NCBI RefSeq assembly: GCF_009914755.1
Contig: NC_060935.1
Length of the DNA: 64,000 nt
DNA from: the human T2T-CHM13v2.0 reference genome, Homo sapiens
Direction: 5' to 3' (one strand)
The notes below the pieces were generated by a model. The model was not told the origin of the DNA. It searched no databases and was given only the letters and a program-made list of their open reading frames with translations. Positions within the stretch are counted from its first letter, which is position 1, and each line of letters starts with the position of its first letter. Positions 37,526 through 53,314 of the stretch are shown in pieces. The position numbers were made by a program, and so were the translations under genes.

Positions 37526-37659
37526 ATTTAGAGAAAAATTAGAAAATTTAATGTGAAACTGCCAATAGTAGTTGACTCCATGAGTAGAATTGAGGGTCAG
37601 GGTTTCATATAGACACTTTATACTTCTTTAGCATCTGCATTTGGAACACTGAATATAGA

Positions 37660-37890
37660 TAGCATGGTGTAATAGAAAGAGTCTTTGGAGTGAGAAACAT
37701 CTAAAATAAAATTTTGTCTCAAGTTTACTGTGACTTTGTAATATTACTTATTTTCTCTGTACCTTAGTTTCCTTGGTTCCTATAAAAGACAATTATATCT
37801 GCATTGTAAGACAATGTGAAAATAAAATGAGATTCTATATATGAAAATACTAACACATGAGAGTCATTCAGTATATGCAATCTACTATTA
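37660..37890 (+). mobile_element. MIR
   Basis: agcatggtgtaatagaaagagtctttggagt...ctctgtaccttagtttcct. Confidence 0.55.
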
Positions 37891-38139
37891 TTTCTCATAT
37901 TCTAAGCCCTGCTGGAAGGAAGGAAAAGGAATACATTAATCACTCTTTCTTTACCTTTAAATGGAATACTTTTAAGAAAAGAGAACTCCATAGGGCAACA
38001 GGGAAAGTCACCCTGGAAAATTAATCTTATGACTAGTTATTTCTGTCTTCTCACAGTATTTCACAACCTATTGAAGTCATATGTTTTAAGTAACCCATGT
38101 GACGAAGTGGAGGTGTTGAAGTAAGGAATGGTCAAATGA

Positions 38140-38587
<448 letters not shown>

Positions 38588-39013
38588 GCATTTTCTTACT
38601 CACTCAAATATTTTTCAAAGCCTGAAGGAATTAGTTACTAAGTTACAGTGCCAAACAGGCTACTGAAACAAGGAAGACTAGGAAGTTTGGTTTATTAGAT
38701 GAAAATAGTTTATGACAAAGCTTCTGATTTTCACACTTCTACATTAAGTAAAAAATCCTAACCCTGGGGTTGCAGTACTGACCAAGCTCTCATAAATTAG
38801 TCACCCTGGTCTAGTCTACAAAATAAGACCGTGACATCTAAATCCTGAAAGGAAACACTTCCATATTATTTAGCATTTCTGTTTTCATTAGGACATGTGA
38901 ACGTATTTAAATTCAACATTGAATAAATATAATTCAGTATGTATTTATTTGACCTCCATGTACTCAAAACTATGGCAACTGCTATGAACAATGTCAAAGA
39001 AATTTAATATCAC

Positions 39014-39385
39014 TGCTATGGTCTGAATATCCTCTCCAAAACACATGTTGAAATTTGCCCTTGTGGTGGTGTTAACAGGTGGGACTTTGGGAGGTGATGG
39101 GGCCATCAGGGCTCTCCCATCATTTGTAGAATTAATGCCATTTTAAAAAAATGAATTAGGCCCCCATTTGCCCTCTTTTCCTTGGATCTTCTGCCATGTG
39201 AGATGAAGTATTTCTTCCTCCAGGAGGACAACACAGCATTCAAGGCACTATCTTAGAATCATCAAATCTGCCAGCGTCTTGATACTGGACCTTCCAGCCA
39301 ACAGAATTGTGAGCCAATACATTTCCGTTTATAAATAATCCAGTCTGTGGTAGTCTGGTATGGCAGCACAAAACAAACTAAGACA
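39014..39385 (+). mobile_element. MaLR solo LTR (MST/MLT1A-like)
   Basis: TG...CA ends: tgctatggtctgaat ... gcagcacaaaacaaactaagaca; ~370 bp. Confidence 0.8.
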
Positions 39386-39396
39386 AACCCTTACTA

Positions 39397-39800
<404 letters not shown>

Positions 39801-39981
39801 AATCCAAAACACATTTGAAGTACTATAATTTTTAGCCATATATCACATGACGAAAGTGTTTGGTAACCCTTAATAAACACACAATGTAATGATCTTAAAA
39901 AGGAAAGATGCCTCAGTACATCTCTAAAAGAATTGGTTGATTTCATTTTGTTAGTAATAGAAAATTAAATTAACCTTTTCT

Positions 39982-40385
39982 GTTTTTTAATTATACTTTA
40001 AGTTCTGGAGTACATGTGCAGAACATGAAGGTTTGTTACATAGGTATACACACACGTGCCATGGTGGTTTGCTGCACCCGTCAACCCGTCATCTACATTA
40101 GGTATTTTTCCTAATGCTATCCCTTCCCCAGTCCCCCACCCCCCTACGTACCCTCCCTGTTCTCCTTCCCATGTCCATGTGTTCTCATTGATCAACTCCC
40201 ACTTATGAGTGAGAACATGCATTGCTTGGTTTTCTGTTCTTGTGTTAGTTTGCTGAGAATGATGGTTTCCAGCATCATCCATGTCCCTGCAAAGGACGTG
40301 AACTCATCTTTTTTATGCCTGCATAGTATTCCATGGTTTATATGTGCCACATTTTCCTTATCCAGTCTATCATTGATGGGCATTT
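39982..40385 (-). mobile_element. 5'-truncated L1PA 3' end (sense to GRM5)
   Basis: ttatactttaagttctggagtacatgtgcag...ccagtctatcattgatgggcatt. Confidence 0.9.
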
Positions 40386-43300
40386 TTCTAACCAAAACAT
40401 TACAGAATTTGTAACACAAATAAGCTTAACATGTTAATGAGAAAAGGAAAACTACAAGTTATCTGGTAGAAACACTGTTAAAAAATTTTTTGGATTATTC
40501 TGTCAGTATAATATTTGAAGGAATCATTCAATATAATAGGAAATAAGCTGTGATAATTAGTGACATAACAAAGTCAGATAAATTAACTCAACCATACTTA
40601 GTGAGAAGGTTGATAGAAAACTTAAGTCTCCTTAATACTAGTGCTTTGTTCTTCAGATTCTGGTATAATTTGATAGCAGGACATATACATACATATAGCA
40701 TATATTTCAATAAATCTATAGAATGCTTTTCTAGTTTTCTATCACCAGCACTCTGAACATTAACATTACACATGTTAAAATTTAAGCGTTGAGTTTATTG
40801 AGGCTTTCTTCAAGTTTTCTTAACACCAGAATGCTGTATACTTGATTATTCCAGATGCATCCCTAATGAGATTTTACAGGAGTCATTGTGGTTGTGCATG
40901 AAAAGGATGAGGCCTACTGAAACTTTTTATTTCCTAAATGCCTTATATTAAAAAGTCCTTACATCTCTTATTCAAGATTTCCTACTAAATTGTTTACAAA
41001 ACTTCCTTGCTGAATAATCACGGTAAGGTGGTTAGCTGGGTAGTAGACACTAAGGAATGCTGGGTTTCCAGGGAAACAGTGCCACGGGAAGCAACAAAAG
41101 AGACAACCAAAGCTGTAGATGTCATATTACACAACATTTTATTTTTTACTACTGTTATATTGTTATACTTTGTTATTCTTGCTTTTTCCTTCTTTCTGGG
41201 AGACATTGTCTCTCTTTAAGAACTCTAAAATTGACACCAATAACAACACACAAAGCATGACATTAGTATAAAATCTATTAACCAGAATTCATCTTTTTTC
41301 AAAATAATACAATGACAACGGGTGCAATTATGAAACGTATTTTTTTGATCAGCTGACCCTAATGTACTTCCTAAATGATAAAACTTGGATATTTGACTTC
41401 TTCCCTAATTCTTCCAGTAAAATTCTTTTTCAATAAAAGTGTCTTCAGAATGATTGGCCTTTATAAGAGAGCCCAAATGCTTTTTTTCTTATACAATATA
41501 TTGTGTCTCTTTGGCTTTATCAGTGGTTACAGAGCTTTGTGGTAATCTCAAAATATCAACACCATCCATCCTGGGGAAGTATTTTCTCCAGCAAAAGGAG
41601 AAAAAGCAAGACAGAAACAATCATAAGGCCATGTGAGGTTGACTTTCTCCGGGAGCACTTTGATAAATACGTTCTTTTATTTAATGTCTTTGTGCCTTCA
41701 TTTCCTCATCTGGTAAATGGTAATTAAAAGTACTTAACTCATAGCATTATTGTAAGGACTAAATAAAATAGAACCACAATGGCTGGAACATATTAAGCAG
41801 TTAGTATTAGCTATGACAATAAAAGTAATCATATATTTAAAGAATAACTCTTTAAAAATATATAAAAACAAAGTCCTTAAGATGGGTTGTTTGATGTTCT
41901 CAAGTTAGTATAAAATTGAGAATCTTAGGAACAGATGATCTGATTCAAAATTCTATGATCTTATGCCCTATTATACTTAAGAACACTGAATTATTGGTAA
42001 AATATTCTAATACTATGGACAAACACCCTATAGTTTACATGCGTATTTGACTAACTAGTCCATGGTGGAAGTAAAACTAAACATGATTCTAAATATAAAT
42101 GTGTCTAGGAGGGGAAAATTTATCCAATTAGATGATTTAAAGAATTATTGGAAGAGTTGAAATAAAAATTACTTGTAGAGTTAAGAGTAGAACTTATGAA
42201 GAAAGATTAAAGGATGATTTACCTTAGAGTTGAGGTCTAACAAAAGTTTAGTAAAAATCTTACTCTGGATATATGGACACATTATATATTTAAAACTTCA
42301 AAATTATATTTTGTAGGACAAAAACTTTATTTCAAGAACAACTTAAAGTGGGATATCCATGGGAAGGGATAGGCACAATGTTTTCTTTCTTAAGCCAGTA
42401 GTAAGATGAGTGTTTTTATACTAACTAAACTTTTTATGCCAGCAATTATTTATTTAAAACACTTACAATATTGCTATTATAAGTAATAAATCTTAAAAAC
42501 TATTAATATATTTTCAAGTTGTACAAGAATTTAATCTTTTTGATTATTTTTGTTTTTGTTGTTATTAAGTTAATTAGATTTTTTAAATACAGAGATAAAT
42601 ATCACATATTTATGTTCCTTTATGTGCTTTTTGGAATTGTGAAAAATAAAAAAGACTCTGAGGGCTCCCAAACTGGCAATGTTGTGGAGAAAAGACAGGA
42701 TATTATAATGCCACGAATAACAATGTCCATAAAAAGTATGAATAACAAGAGAAAATGTGCTCCTTACAATGCTCAGTAAAATGAAAAAATGCAAACAAAA
42801 ACATCCAATATTATGTATATAGCTGCTTTTTTAAATTGTGCATAAGATAATTAGAAATGATGATAAAATGTTAAAAGGTTTTATTTCTGTTGCAATATTA
42901 GTGATTAAAAAATTTTTCTTCTCTTATTTCTTTTCTAAATGTTAAATAATACCTAGCTATTAAATCACTTTTATATTTGGAAATCATGTATCTTTTAAAA
43001 TATATTATTTGCATCCTCCTTATTTTCACTTAATACATATAGTTTAAGTTGTTCTCAGACACCAGAATATTAGGAGAATAATTCAAAATGCAAAGAAAGG
43101 ACTCGAGAAGTTACAGTTGAAACCATGGCTAGGCCAAAACAAAAATAAGAAAAATAGTATTAACAGATAGCATTTATTGACTGCCTATTATATACTACAC
43201 ATCATAAATATTGCATACATATTTTTAAAAATACTATTAATTTAATTTGCATAAATATTTTATGTTTGTTTACCATTATTTTCATTTTCTGTGACTTGGT

Positions 43301-46300
43301 TTAAATAAATTAATGAATGCAATGTGCTCAGAAAACTGCCTGGACACCTGATAAATTTCATGTAATTGTTTTCTAGCAGTAGCAGCATCAATCATTTTAC
43401 AATTGATGAAGTTGAGATTTACAAAGGTTAAATAAGTTGTTCAAATTCTAGTTTATTTAACCATAGAGTCTAGATCTATGTCCTTAAACACAGTGATAAA
43501 AACAGTAAACTAAAAAAAGCATATAATATATATACATACATATTTCAATTATAATAGAACATACATTTGTTGTGAGAATGAGTGCCTTAAAATAAATATT
43601 ATCTGAATATTAAGCATATTTTCCCAACAGTACCCTGGCACCAGGAGCCTCGTTCTGTGCAAGCACTCCTACTCACCAGCTCTGTGACCTTAGACAAGTT
43701 GTTTAAATTTCCTAGACCTGAGTTTCTTTTCTAAAAATGAGGAGGTTAAAAAAGAACAAATACTAGCAGGAACTAACATTTTTGAACCCTTATTGTGTGC
43801 CAAATATTACGCTAAATTAATGATCACAACTGTCCTATGAGCCAACAATATTGATAATCATCCCTTTTTTGAAATGTGGTAATTTAGGCATAGGGAACTT
43901 GCCTCATTTCCACAGCAAATAGTGATGGACCAGCAAATAAGATAACACCTGGTATTTAAACTCAAGTGTATCTGAATTCAATGTCTGCACTCTTTCTTGA
44001 TGACTACTCAGAGCTCCCACTGTTAGAAATCTCAGATCTGTCCCTTCCAGATCTGAAACTTAATGAATATTGTTAATTACTGATGGAGCATAAATATGTG
44101 AAAAAGGAGTTTAACTTCTTCCCCCAGCCAATCAATATCTCACTATTTTTGCTGTTATAAAGACATCATTAATGAAGTCTTTGATTAGCACCTAATTTCC
44201 AAAGTACTGTACTCAATATTTTGTAAGAAAACTTAAAAGCCTAGTCCAAGTGCATAGATCTTGGCACATAGTGAGTGTTCATTTAATAATTAATTTATCA
44301 GGCAGTCTTACACTTACAAAGTGCATTAACTGATTATTCAATTGACCATCATAACAAAACATTAGTACAGAAAGTGCAGGTACAGCCATCTGTCATCTTG
44401 CAAATGAGGATCTGTGTATTTATAAAGGTTAAGTGAGCTGCCCAAGGTCATCCCAAAGTGGAAAATAAAATATGGTTTCCAGAGCAATTCCAAGATTAAT
44501 ACTCTTTCCACTGACCTTGAAACCAAATTGTTTTTATTTTATAAAAGTATCAGAAACAAAGTTTTACATATTCAAGCTGAATTACTTCAGCATTAATTTC
44601 TGCTCTTTCTTAGGAATGGTTAAAATTTATTTCATTTGCCTATGATTAGAAATTGTGTACAATCTACAAAACTCCACTCATGTCCACTTTAGTATTTCAC
44701 ATATAAAATGTTGAATTTTTAAATTTTTCTTTTTTGTGTTTCTAAAGGACATTTTTTTATCCAGCTAATGGCTCAAGTGTTATACTCTCTTCAGCCTCTT
44801 CAAATTTTTAAATTGTATGCATTAATTTTCCATGTATTGATAGATTGAAGGTAAAAGCAAAAGTATGTAACAGGTTTTGAAGCTAGGAGAAAAATTTCCA
44901 GCCAAACATACTCAAATTACTAATCTCTAAAGTCACAAATAATGCAGTCTCCTTTAAAAAAAGGTACATTCCAAATACGTGAAAGCAATTCAATCCAAAC
45001 ATCAATTATATTGATTATTCAAAAGAAGAGAAAAAGTAAAAAGCTAAGACTCAGAAAAAAACAGGAATAAAAATAAGATTGAGAATTTCAAAAAAGAGAC
45101 AGATATCAAGAAATATTTGAGATTATGAATCAATTCAGTCAAAGATGTTAAATTTATACCAAGAAAAATGTAGCATGGTTAAAATATAAAAAGTGTTTAT
45201 TTAAGTCTTTCCAGAGTTCCACACAGATAATTAGATAATTATTATGAGAGGTCGAATAGTCCTAAAAATAAATTGTTTCACTGTTAAATAAGCCAGAGAA
45301 TATCTTAATTACTTATTATGGATTTTATAGGTTATTGTTTAAAGTTGTATGCTATATCTGTCAGTGTGGAAGATTTAAAATCTCACTCTTTTATAAAAAA
45401 AGATATTAATGGTGTGCAACTCAGACTTCGTATCTCAAAGGGAACAGTACTGATGATCTTCATACTGAATCAGAGCCATTCAATAGCATAAACAAAAAGG
45501 AATTACTTACTACACCATCTACAGTGCTCTAAATGATATAAAATAACATTATATTAAACAAAAACACGACACAATTTTTTTTACTTCAACCAAAGCTATC
45601 CATACATATTCTATTCATCTCTTGCCATATAGATAACTTTGTGAGTTTCTGCTTACATATGAACATATTCTTTCTATGAGGGGAAATGTTCTATTTTTAT
45701 GCAGCCATGGCTTTGTATATATCTGAGAAAACTCATGTGCTAGCAAGTGCTTCCAGTTCACTTTTTTCACAGTATCTACCACAGAGCTGAGTACAGAGTA
45801 TCTACCCAATAAATATTTGTAGACTAATGAATAAAATAATTTATTTGTGGTAGTATCACATGGACCTCAAGCTCTATTTGGTGTGCTTTCATGGACTATA
45901 TATTTGCATTGAAATGCAAATATCTGTATTTCATTGAAAATTATATTTTGTCCAAAAATTTCTCTCAAAACACAAGTTTTAGGTTATTTTTATAAGTTCA
46001 AAATCTTGTCAAATTAAAGTACTACCAAGCCCTCAAATCCTTTTTTTTTTTTTTTTTGGGAGGGAATGTATTAGGTATAAGAGGCTTTGCTGTTATCAAT
46101 TTTATATAAATACAAAGTCGTATAATATTGCAAGCTTGATTTTTAGCATATGTATTTTAATAAAACCTATAGTTTTAACATAATATATAATGGAATCTAT
46201 AGTTATTTACATGTTTTTGTATCCTCTGAGCAAAAAATTAATATCAGTTATTCTCATCCAAATTATAAGAAATGAATGAATGTATTGAGAATTGAAAACA

Positions 46301-47689
46301 GTAAAATTCAATTTTATTACAAATAATATAACCAGAGAGTATAATATTTCTGTCTTCATGTATTTCCTGTTTTATGAAATCATTTCCATAAAAACATATT
46401 GTCAACATCATTTGTAGCTTTTATTATACTTTAAGTTCTAGAGTACATGTGCACTAATTCCATAAAAGTGAAATTAAACTGACATGTACTTCAGTATGTC
46501 TTACTTAACTTTTATATTTTTTCAGCTTCTCAAAGGATAAAATGCTATCATATGTAATTCAGTAATATATTTTTCATTAACAAAAATGGCACTCTAACTT
46601 TATTAGGGAAAGTCAAGGATTGAAATCCTAACCCAAATCTAGTGAAGGTCAAATATATGACAGTTGAAAAGAGGGTATATAACCAAGCAATATGAAGACA
46701 GTTTCTGAAGAAATCATTAAAAATACAAATAATTATATTTTTATTGTTCTTGAGGAAAGGAATGCAGAAATATCTTTTCATTCTATTTTTATTCTATCTA
46801 CTTTTCATTGCAGCTATGAATGAGACTACTGACTTTCAGGTAGTATTAATAATATATTAATAACAGCACGAAAATCCACCTTGATATCACTTTATAGAAT
46901 AAAGGAACTTTGACAATTTCTGAATATAAACACTTCATAAATAAGTTATATATTCATTGTTATAATTGGAACTACAACAATCTGGCAGAGCATTTAATTT
47001 AGTTTTCAAACTAATGCAGCAATTAAATGTAATCTGCCTATTTCCTAGGGTCCATGTTATTTTTTTTGGTTTTAAACTCAGGCCCATGGCATATCTCAAT
47101 GTACTACAACTTGTTTCTAATAACGAAGTTTCTAGTTGGAGAAGTAAAGGCACATAAGCATGTCCAATTTGAAATTTACAAAGAAGTTATCTATCTACTG
47201 CTTGTACCTATTTTTTTCACTATAAAATTTGCTTATGCTTGTTGAAAATGTAAAAAAGAATTCAAAAGTACTTGAAGTATAGCGTTAAGTTTCCATCTTT
47301 AATCCCCTCTAGTTTCATCTCCTACACCCACTCACATCAAAGATAACCATGTTCACAGCTCTGGAACTGTCCAGGCCTTGCTCATCTTACCACAGCATAA
47401 TGCCTCTCAACATATATCACCAATTGGAGGAGGAAAGCGTGGGGTGTATTTGTACTTATGCCAAAGCAATAAGCACCCTACCTTTTTCGTGCAATTGCAA
47501 ACTTATCTTCTAAAGTGAAAATTAGTAAGAGTCTAAAATTCACTACATATATTGGTAACTTTCCTGACCAATTCTCCACTCCATTATGTTGTCAATTATA
47601 ACTGGGCAATGATGAATTGAAACATCATTTATGGTTTTTTTCTTCAAGGCCAAGATAAGGCAAGACAGGTTCTTGGCAGGAAAATTTAG

Positions 47690-47880
47690 AAGATACTTAC
47701 TGAATGTTTTCTGTGTGCCAAGCTTGATACTAAGTGCTTTATATTTAGTTTTCAAAACAATCTTATAGGGCAGGTATTTTTATCTCAATTTGATAATGAG
47801 GAAATTAAATGTACTTGTCCAAAGTCCCTCAACTGGCAAGACTATTAATCAGTATTTGTACTCAAATTTGCCTGGGTTCA
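47690..47880 (-). mobile_element. MIR; its distal part forms the outer half of inverted-repeat arm 1
   Basis: tacttactgaatgttttctgtgtgccaagc...tgaggaaattaa...acttgtccaaagtccctcaactgg. Confidence 0.65.
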
Positions 47881-48805
47881 TCCTACTACTTAAATGAGAA
47901 TTATTTCAAAGCGTCAAAAAACAGATTCCAAAGATATTTTTGCAACAAACTGTGAATTTAAGTTATTGCACTGTAGGTTACTTATTTCATTAAACTACTT
48001 TTATAATACTTTTAAAAGCACACTCTCATATATTATCATACTATATTTTACCCATAGTATTTGGTCCAAGCTTCTCATTCTCAAAAGAAGTCTAAATTTT
48101 AGACTTGAGTATATATCAAATGAAATTATTCATATAATTTTTGGGACACTCAGAGAATAGTGGAAGACTGCCACTTTATATATTTAAACTTGTGGCTTAT
48201 TACACGTAGTGCACATGTGGTGCACTATGACTTGTTTATATAGCCAAAAAGTTATCTTGTAAATGGCACAAATGCCTTATATTTTATGTGCTTGTACCTG
48301 TATGTCTCTGTGTATGTGTGGGGGGGAGTTAGAAATGTTAATTTGTTAAATGTAAATGTTTAATGTCAAAATAATAATATTTTTGGCATTTATTTCTTAG
48401 TGTACTACATTGGGATATTAAAAATTAAAATGCTCCCAGCCTGTCTTTATCATTGATAAAAACTAGGACTAGAAACTCGCCTGACCTCCTTGTCTAGTAT
48501 CCACTCCATTGTCCTATCCTGATGCGTATACCATTTACCAAAATTATACCAATTATTTACATAATTGGTATAATTGTTCAATGAGTAACCTACAGTGCAA
48601 TAACTTAAATTCACAGTTTGTTGCAAATATATCCTTGGAATCTGATTTTTCACCCTTTGAAATAATTCTCATTTAAGTAGTAGGATGAACCCAGGCAAAT
48701 TTGAGTACAAATACTGATTAATAGTCTTGCTAGTTGAGGGACTTTGGACAAGTAAATTTAATTTCCTTATTATCAAATTGAGATAAAAATACCTGCCCTA
48801 AAAGA
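47761..48805. repeat. Long inverted repeat: arms 47761-47986 and 48580-48805 (226 bp), spacer 593 bp
   Basis: Manual base-by-base alignment: 216/226 identical, no gaps. Confidence 0.95.
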
Positions 48806-49293
48806 CAGTTGTTCAATGCTTCTATCATTTCCTACCATGGGTGCCTTGAAATTTTTGCTCGTTTTAAATGAGACCTAAAACCCATCACTCCAGAAAATAT
48901 AAATTAAATGACATTGTCACAGAATAATAAATTCATGTGTATCGGTTACATTTCTCTAGAAAAGTATTTAGGAATAACATGAAAAAGAGAAGTAGAGTAA
49001 GTCACTTTTAAACTTTTAATTTTTTAGCTTCAAGACACAGAAGAAATATATTTTAAATGGTAACCCACAGGCTATTTATGGCTATGTGTAACTAAGGTGA
49101 AATTTACAAAATACCTAACCTATGATGTAATACATGTTGATATTTATATTTTACTCTAGTCTATTTTAATGTATTCTCTATTAAATTCTGATTTCAACCC
49201 TCTAAATTGGTTTTACAAATAACTTATGAGTTATCCACTATTTGAAAAAAAAGAAAAACACCGACTAGATAATCTCTTTCTTTAGAATCTCAT

Positions 49294-49321
<28 letters not shown>
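49294..49321. repeat. (TG)n microsatellite
   Basis: About 14 TG units. Confidence 0.93.
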
Positions 49322-49324
<3 letters not shown>

Positions 49325-50125
49325 ATCAATGTGTAAATGTAACATTGGGCTGAAATCACATTACAAAGTCCCCTAAAATAAATGTATTTGACTATTACAC
49401 CTCTTGCCAAAACATCTCCTCAATTCAACATTTGAATGTTTGATAAATCTTTCTGGAGTATTTGCAAATGTGCCAAAATGAGATTTCATAACCCACAACC
49501 CTGATGAATTCCAAAGAATTGCCTTTCATATATAAGGCTACATTATTTAACAATATATCCTCCAGCTCTTAAAAAATTCTGTACCATATTGCTTCCTGCT
49601 ATTATTGGCATCTGAAGGACAGAGTGTGGAGCCTGTGATGGAGATGTAAATAGAAATAACCAAGCACAGTCTGTGCTTTTCATCAGACTCACAAAGAGGT
49701 CTTCTGTGAGGTCAACTTGTTACCACAGGCCTCCTCCTTAATTTGTTTTCTTTTCACTATAATTAACCCATTCCATGGGAACAAGGAAAGGTGCTGCTTT
49801 CAAAGCTAGATAAAAAGACACAAAAATATGCTCAAAAGATACTCTCAGTGGAGAAACAAGTAGGGTTTTTTGTTTCCCAGGGAAGGAAAAAGAACCAGGT
49901 GATGTCCATCCTACTTTTCCTTGGAGCCACACCTACTCCAATGTAAAGGAATGAGATTTAGATTTGTTTCAAAGGAGTTGGCTTTGGATCTAAATCCTTG
50001 CTCTGCCACTAACTTTAGCTGCAGAAAAAAATCACTCTTTACTTGTCCATTCTACTAAAATGGTTACCTTATCAGACTGTGTTATGAAATAAACAAACTA
50101 ACCAAATTTAAAATATAGTATATAT

Positions 50126-50451
<326 letters not shown>

Positions 50452-50968
50452 TCAACTCACAAAGTAGTAAGATCCCAATGGCAACTGATTGTCAACATTG
50501 GGAATTATCAGAAGAACAAATAGTCCAACATCGTTCTTTCCTCAACTGAGGTTTAAGTCCATTTTCCAGAGTCCTCCAAGTGATTGTCCATTGCAGGTTT
50601 GTGCACAAGGAGTTACAGAGAACTAACTCACTATCTCCTAAGAGTGGCAATTCCTTTATTGAACAGTTCTGCTAATAAACAAAAAAAAAATTTTTTAAAT
50701 TAAACCATACTTTGTTACTCTTGTATTTTAGTAATTAGCTGTCTCTGTCAACTGCTGGCCAGAGTGAACCTAGCTCTTTTCCACCTGAATTTACAAATAT
50801 CTAAATAAACAAAATATGTAAATATATCAGATACCTAAAGGTAGCAGTCAGGGCCCTGCTGTGTCTTGTCTTCTCTCTACTAAATTTATTCTGAGGATAT
50901 GATTTCAAATTGCATAACCATTTGGGCTACTCTCCTTTGAACAGGCCCTGCTTGGTTGCATTTGATAT

Positions 50969-51163
50969 TGGTCTTGCCCTGTCACCCAGGCTGAGTGCAG
51001 TGGTGCAAACTTCGCTCACTTCAGCCTCAACCTCTTGTCCTCAAGTGATCCTCTGCCACAGTCTCCCAAGGAGCTGGGTGCACACCACCATGTCTAGCTA
51101 ATTTTTCTTTTTCTTTCTTTTTTTTTACTTTTTGTAGAGATAGAGCCTTATTATGTTGCCCAC
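50969..51163 (-). mobile_element. Partial AluJ
   Basis: gtcttgccctgtcacccaggctg...tttttgtagagatag. Confidence 0.75.
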
Positions 51164-51574
51164 CCTATGTCCAACATTTAATGTAGCCCAGCTGTAGTCT
51201 GCAGAAGTTTGAGCATAGCAAGTCACAGAAACTTAGTCTTGAAAGAAATCTGTACGAACATTCTTTGTAGTGCCTGTTTGTATAAAAAAAAAAGATGCAA
51301 GGAGTTGAAGTGACTTTCTTGGAGTCACAGAGTAAAATCCTTAGTTCTCATGTCAGTTATCTTACTTTTAGCACAGTTAGTAATTTTAACTTATTTTTCC
51401 AACTCCAAGATAGCATTAATGTAATCATCATATTTTATCTATTCACTATCAAATTAACAGGATAATGACCAGACTTACAGAAGAGCCTGCAAAAACAAAA
51501 ACAAAACAAAACAAAAACGCTTCCAGATAAAAAGAGATGAGGAAAAATGATAAATAAGAAAGAAAGACAATGTC

Positions 51575-51999
<425 letters not shown>

Positions 52000-53188
52000 C
52001 TAGAGTTTTGAGGATCTCTATTCTTGCTTTCTCTTACATGCTTGCTTAGTTTATGTTGGGCAGAATTTACTGTGCATAATTTGCTTTTCATTCTGTGTTT
52101 TATGTGTTTCAAGCTGTACACTGGAACATAAACATCTCACAGCATGCCCTCTCATTCCCCAGCATTCCTTATGCAGAAGCAACTTCAACAGAAGTGGCTG
52201 AACACTATAAACCTAGAAGCTAAAAGGTTTTAATGACATCTGGAATAAGAGTGACCAAGGGAAAACATGCATGTGTGCAGCTGCCATCCATAAGATGGGT
52301 AAATACTGAATACCTGATAGGCTACATCCTAAGAGATGATCTTCACATTTAGGTAAGCATCTGATTATTTAGAACTGTGGAAGTGTCCACAATTGCACAT
52401 CACCAGAGATATTTCTGCATTATGGGGGAGCAGTGCAGTGAAATCCGCTGAAAACAAAATTCCTTTTAACTCAGCTTAGTCATCCTGGACATGGAGTATT
52501 TGTGGGAGTTTTCTAGTATTTTCAGCAATTGATGACAGCAATGGTGCCTAAGAGAGAGGAAGGTGGGAAGCTATCCCAGGCATTAGTCTCTTATAGGTGA
52601 GCCAGAGTCTAAGCCAGAAATTGTATCATTAGAAATGAATCTGAATATAGAAGAAACACTGCCCAAACCACATGTGGATATGTCAGCAAGCTCTATATTT
52701 TTCTCTGAAAGAGGCAATAATAACTCTCTTAGAAATTATTTACTGAGTCCATAGACTGTTCCTTCTGGAAGGGAAGAGGAGGGAATGCCCCTCTAAACGC
52801 TCTTTCCAGAGCTATCTGTATTTTTTTCACTGCTAGCAATGAAGTTTCTGACAGTGATATATGAATATGAAAAACTGTTTCTTTACAATTAGAGTTGCCC
52901 ACTGTGTTTCCCAGATTACGGATCCAGATCCAACTTACTAAAGAATTCCCCTAAAAGTTTCTGCATCTTCTAAATTGTATATATTGTTAAGTCAGTGGTA
53001 ACCAATATAATTATACAATCAATCCATAATTTCAAAGATTTCTGGGGATCTCATGTTTTCAGAATTTTTGTGGAGCAAAGGAAAATCTTTCAGAGTTTCC
53101 GCAAACCTTCGATACGACCCAGGAAAAGGAGCACTTCATCTAATTTACAGATCAAGAGCAAATTGATCATGCTATTTCTCAAGGCTAA

Positions 53189-53314
<126 letters not shown>

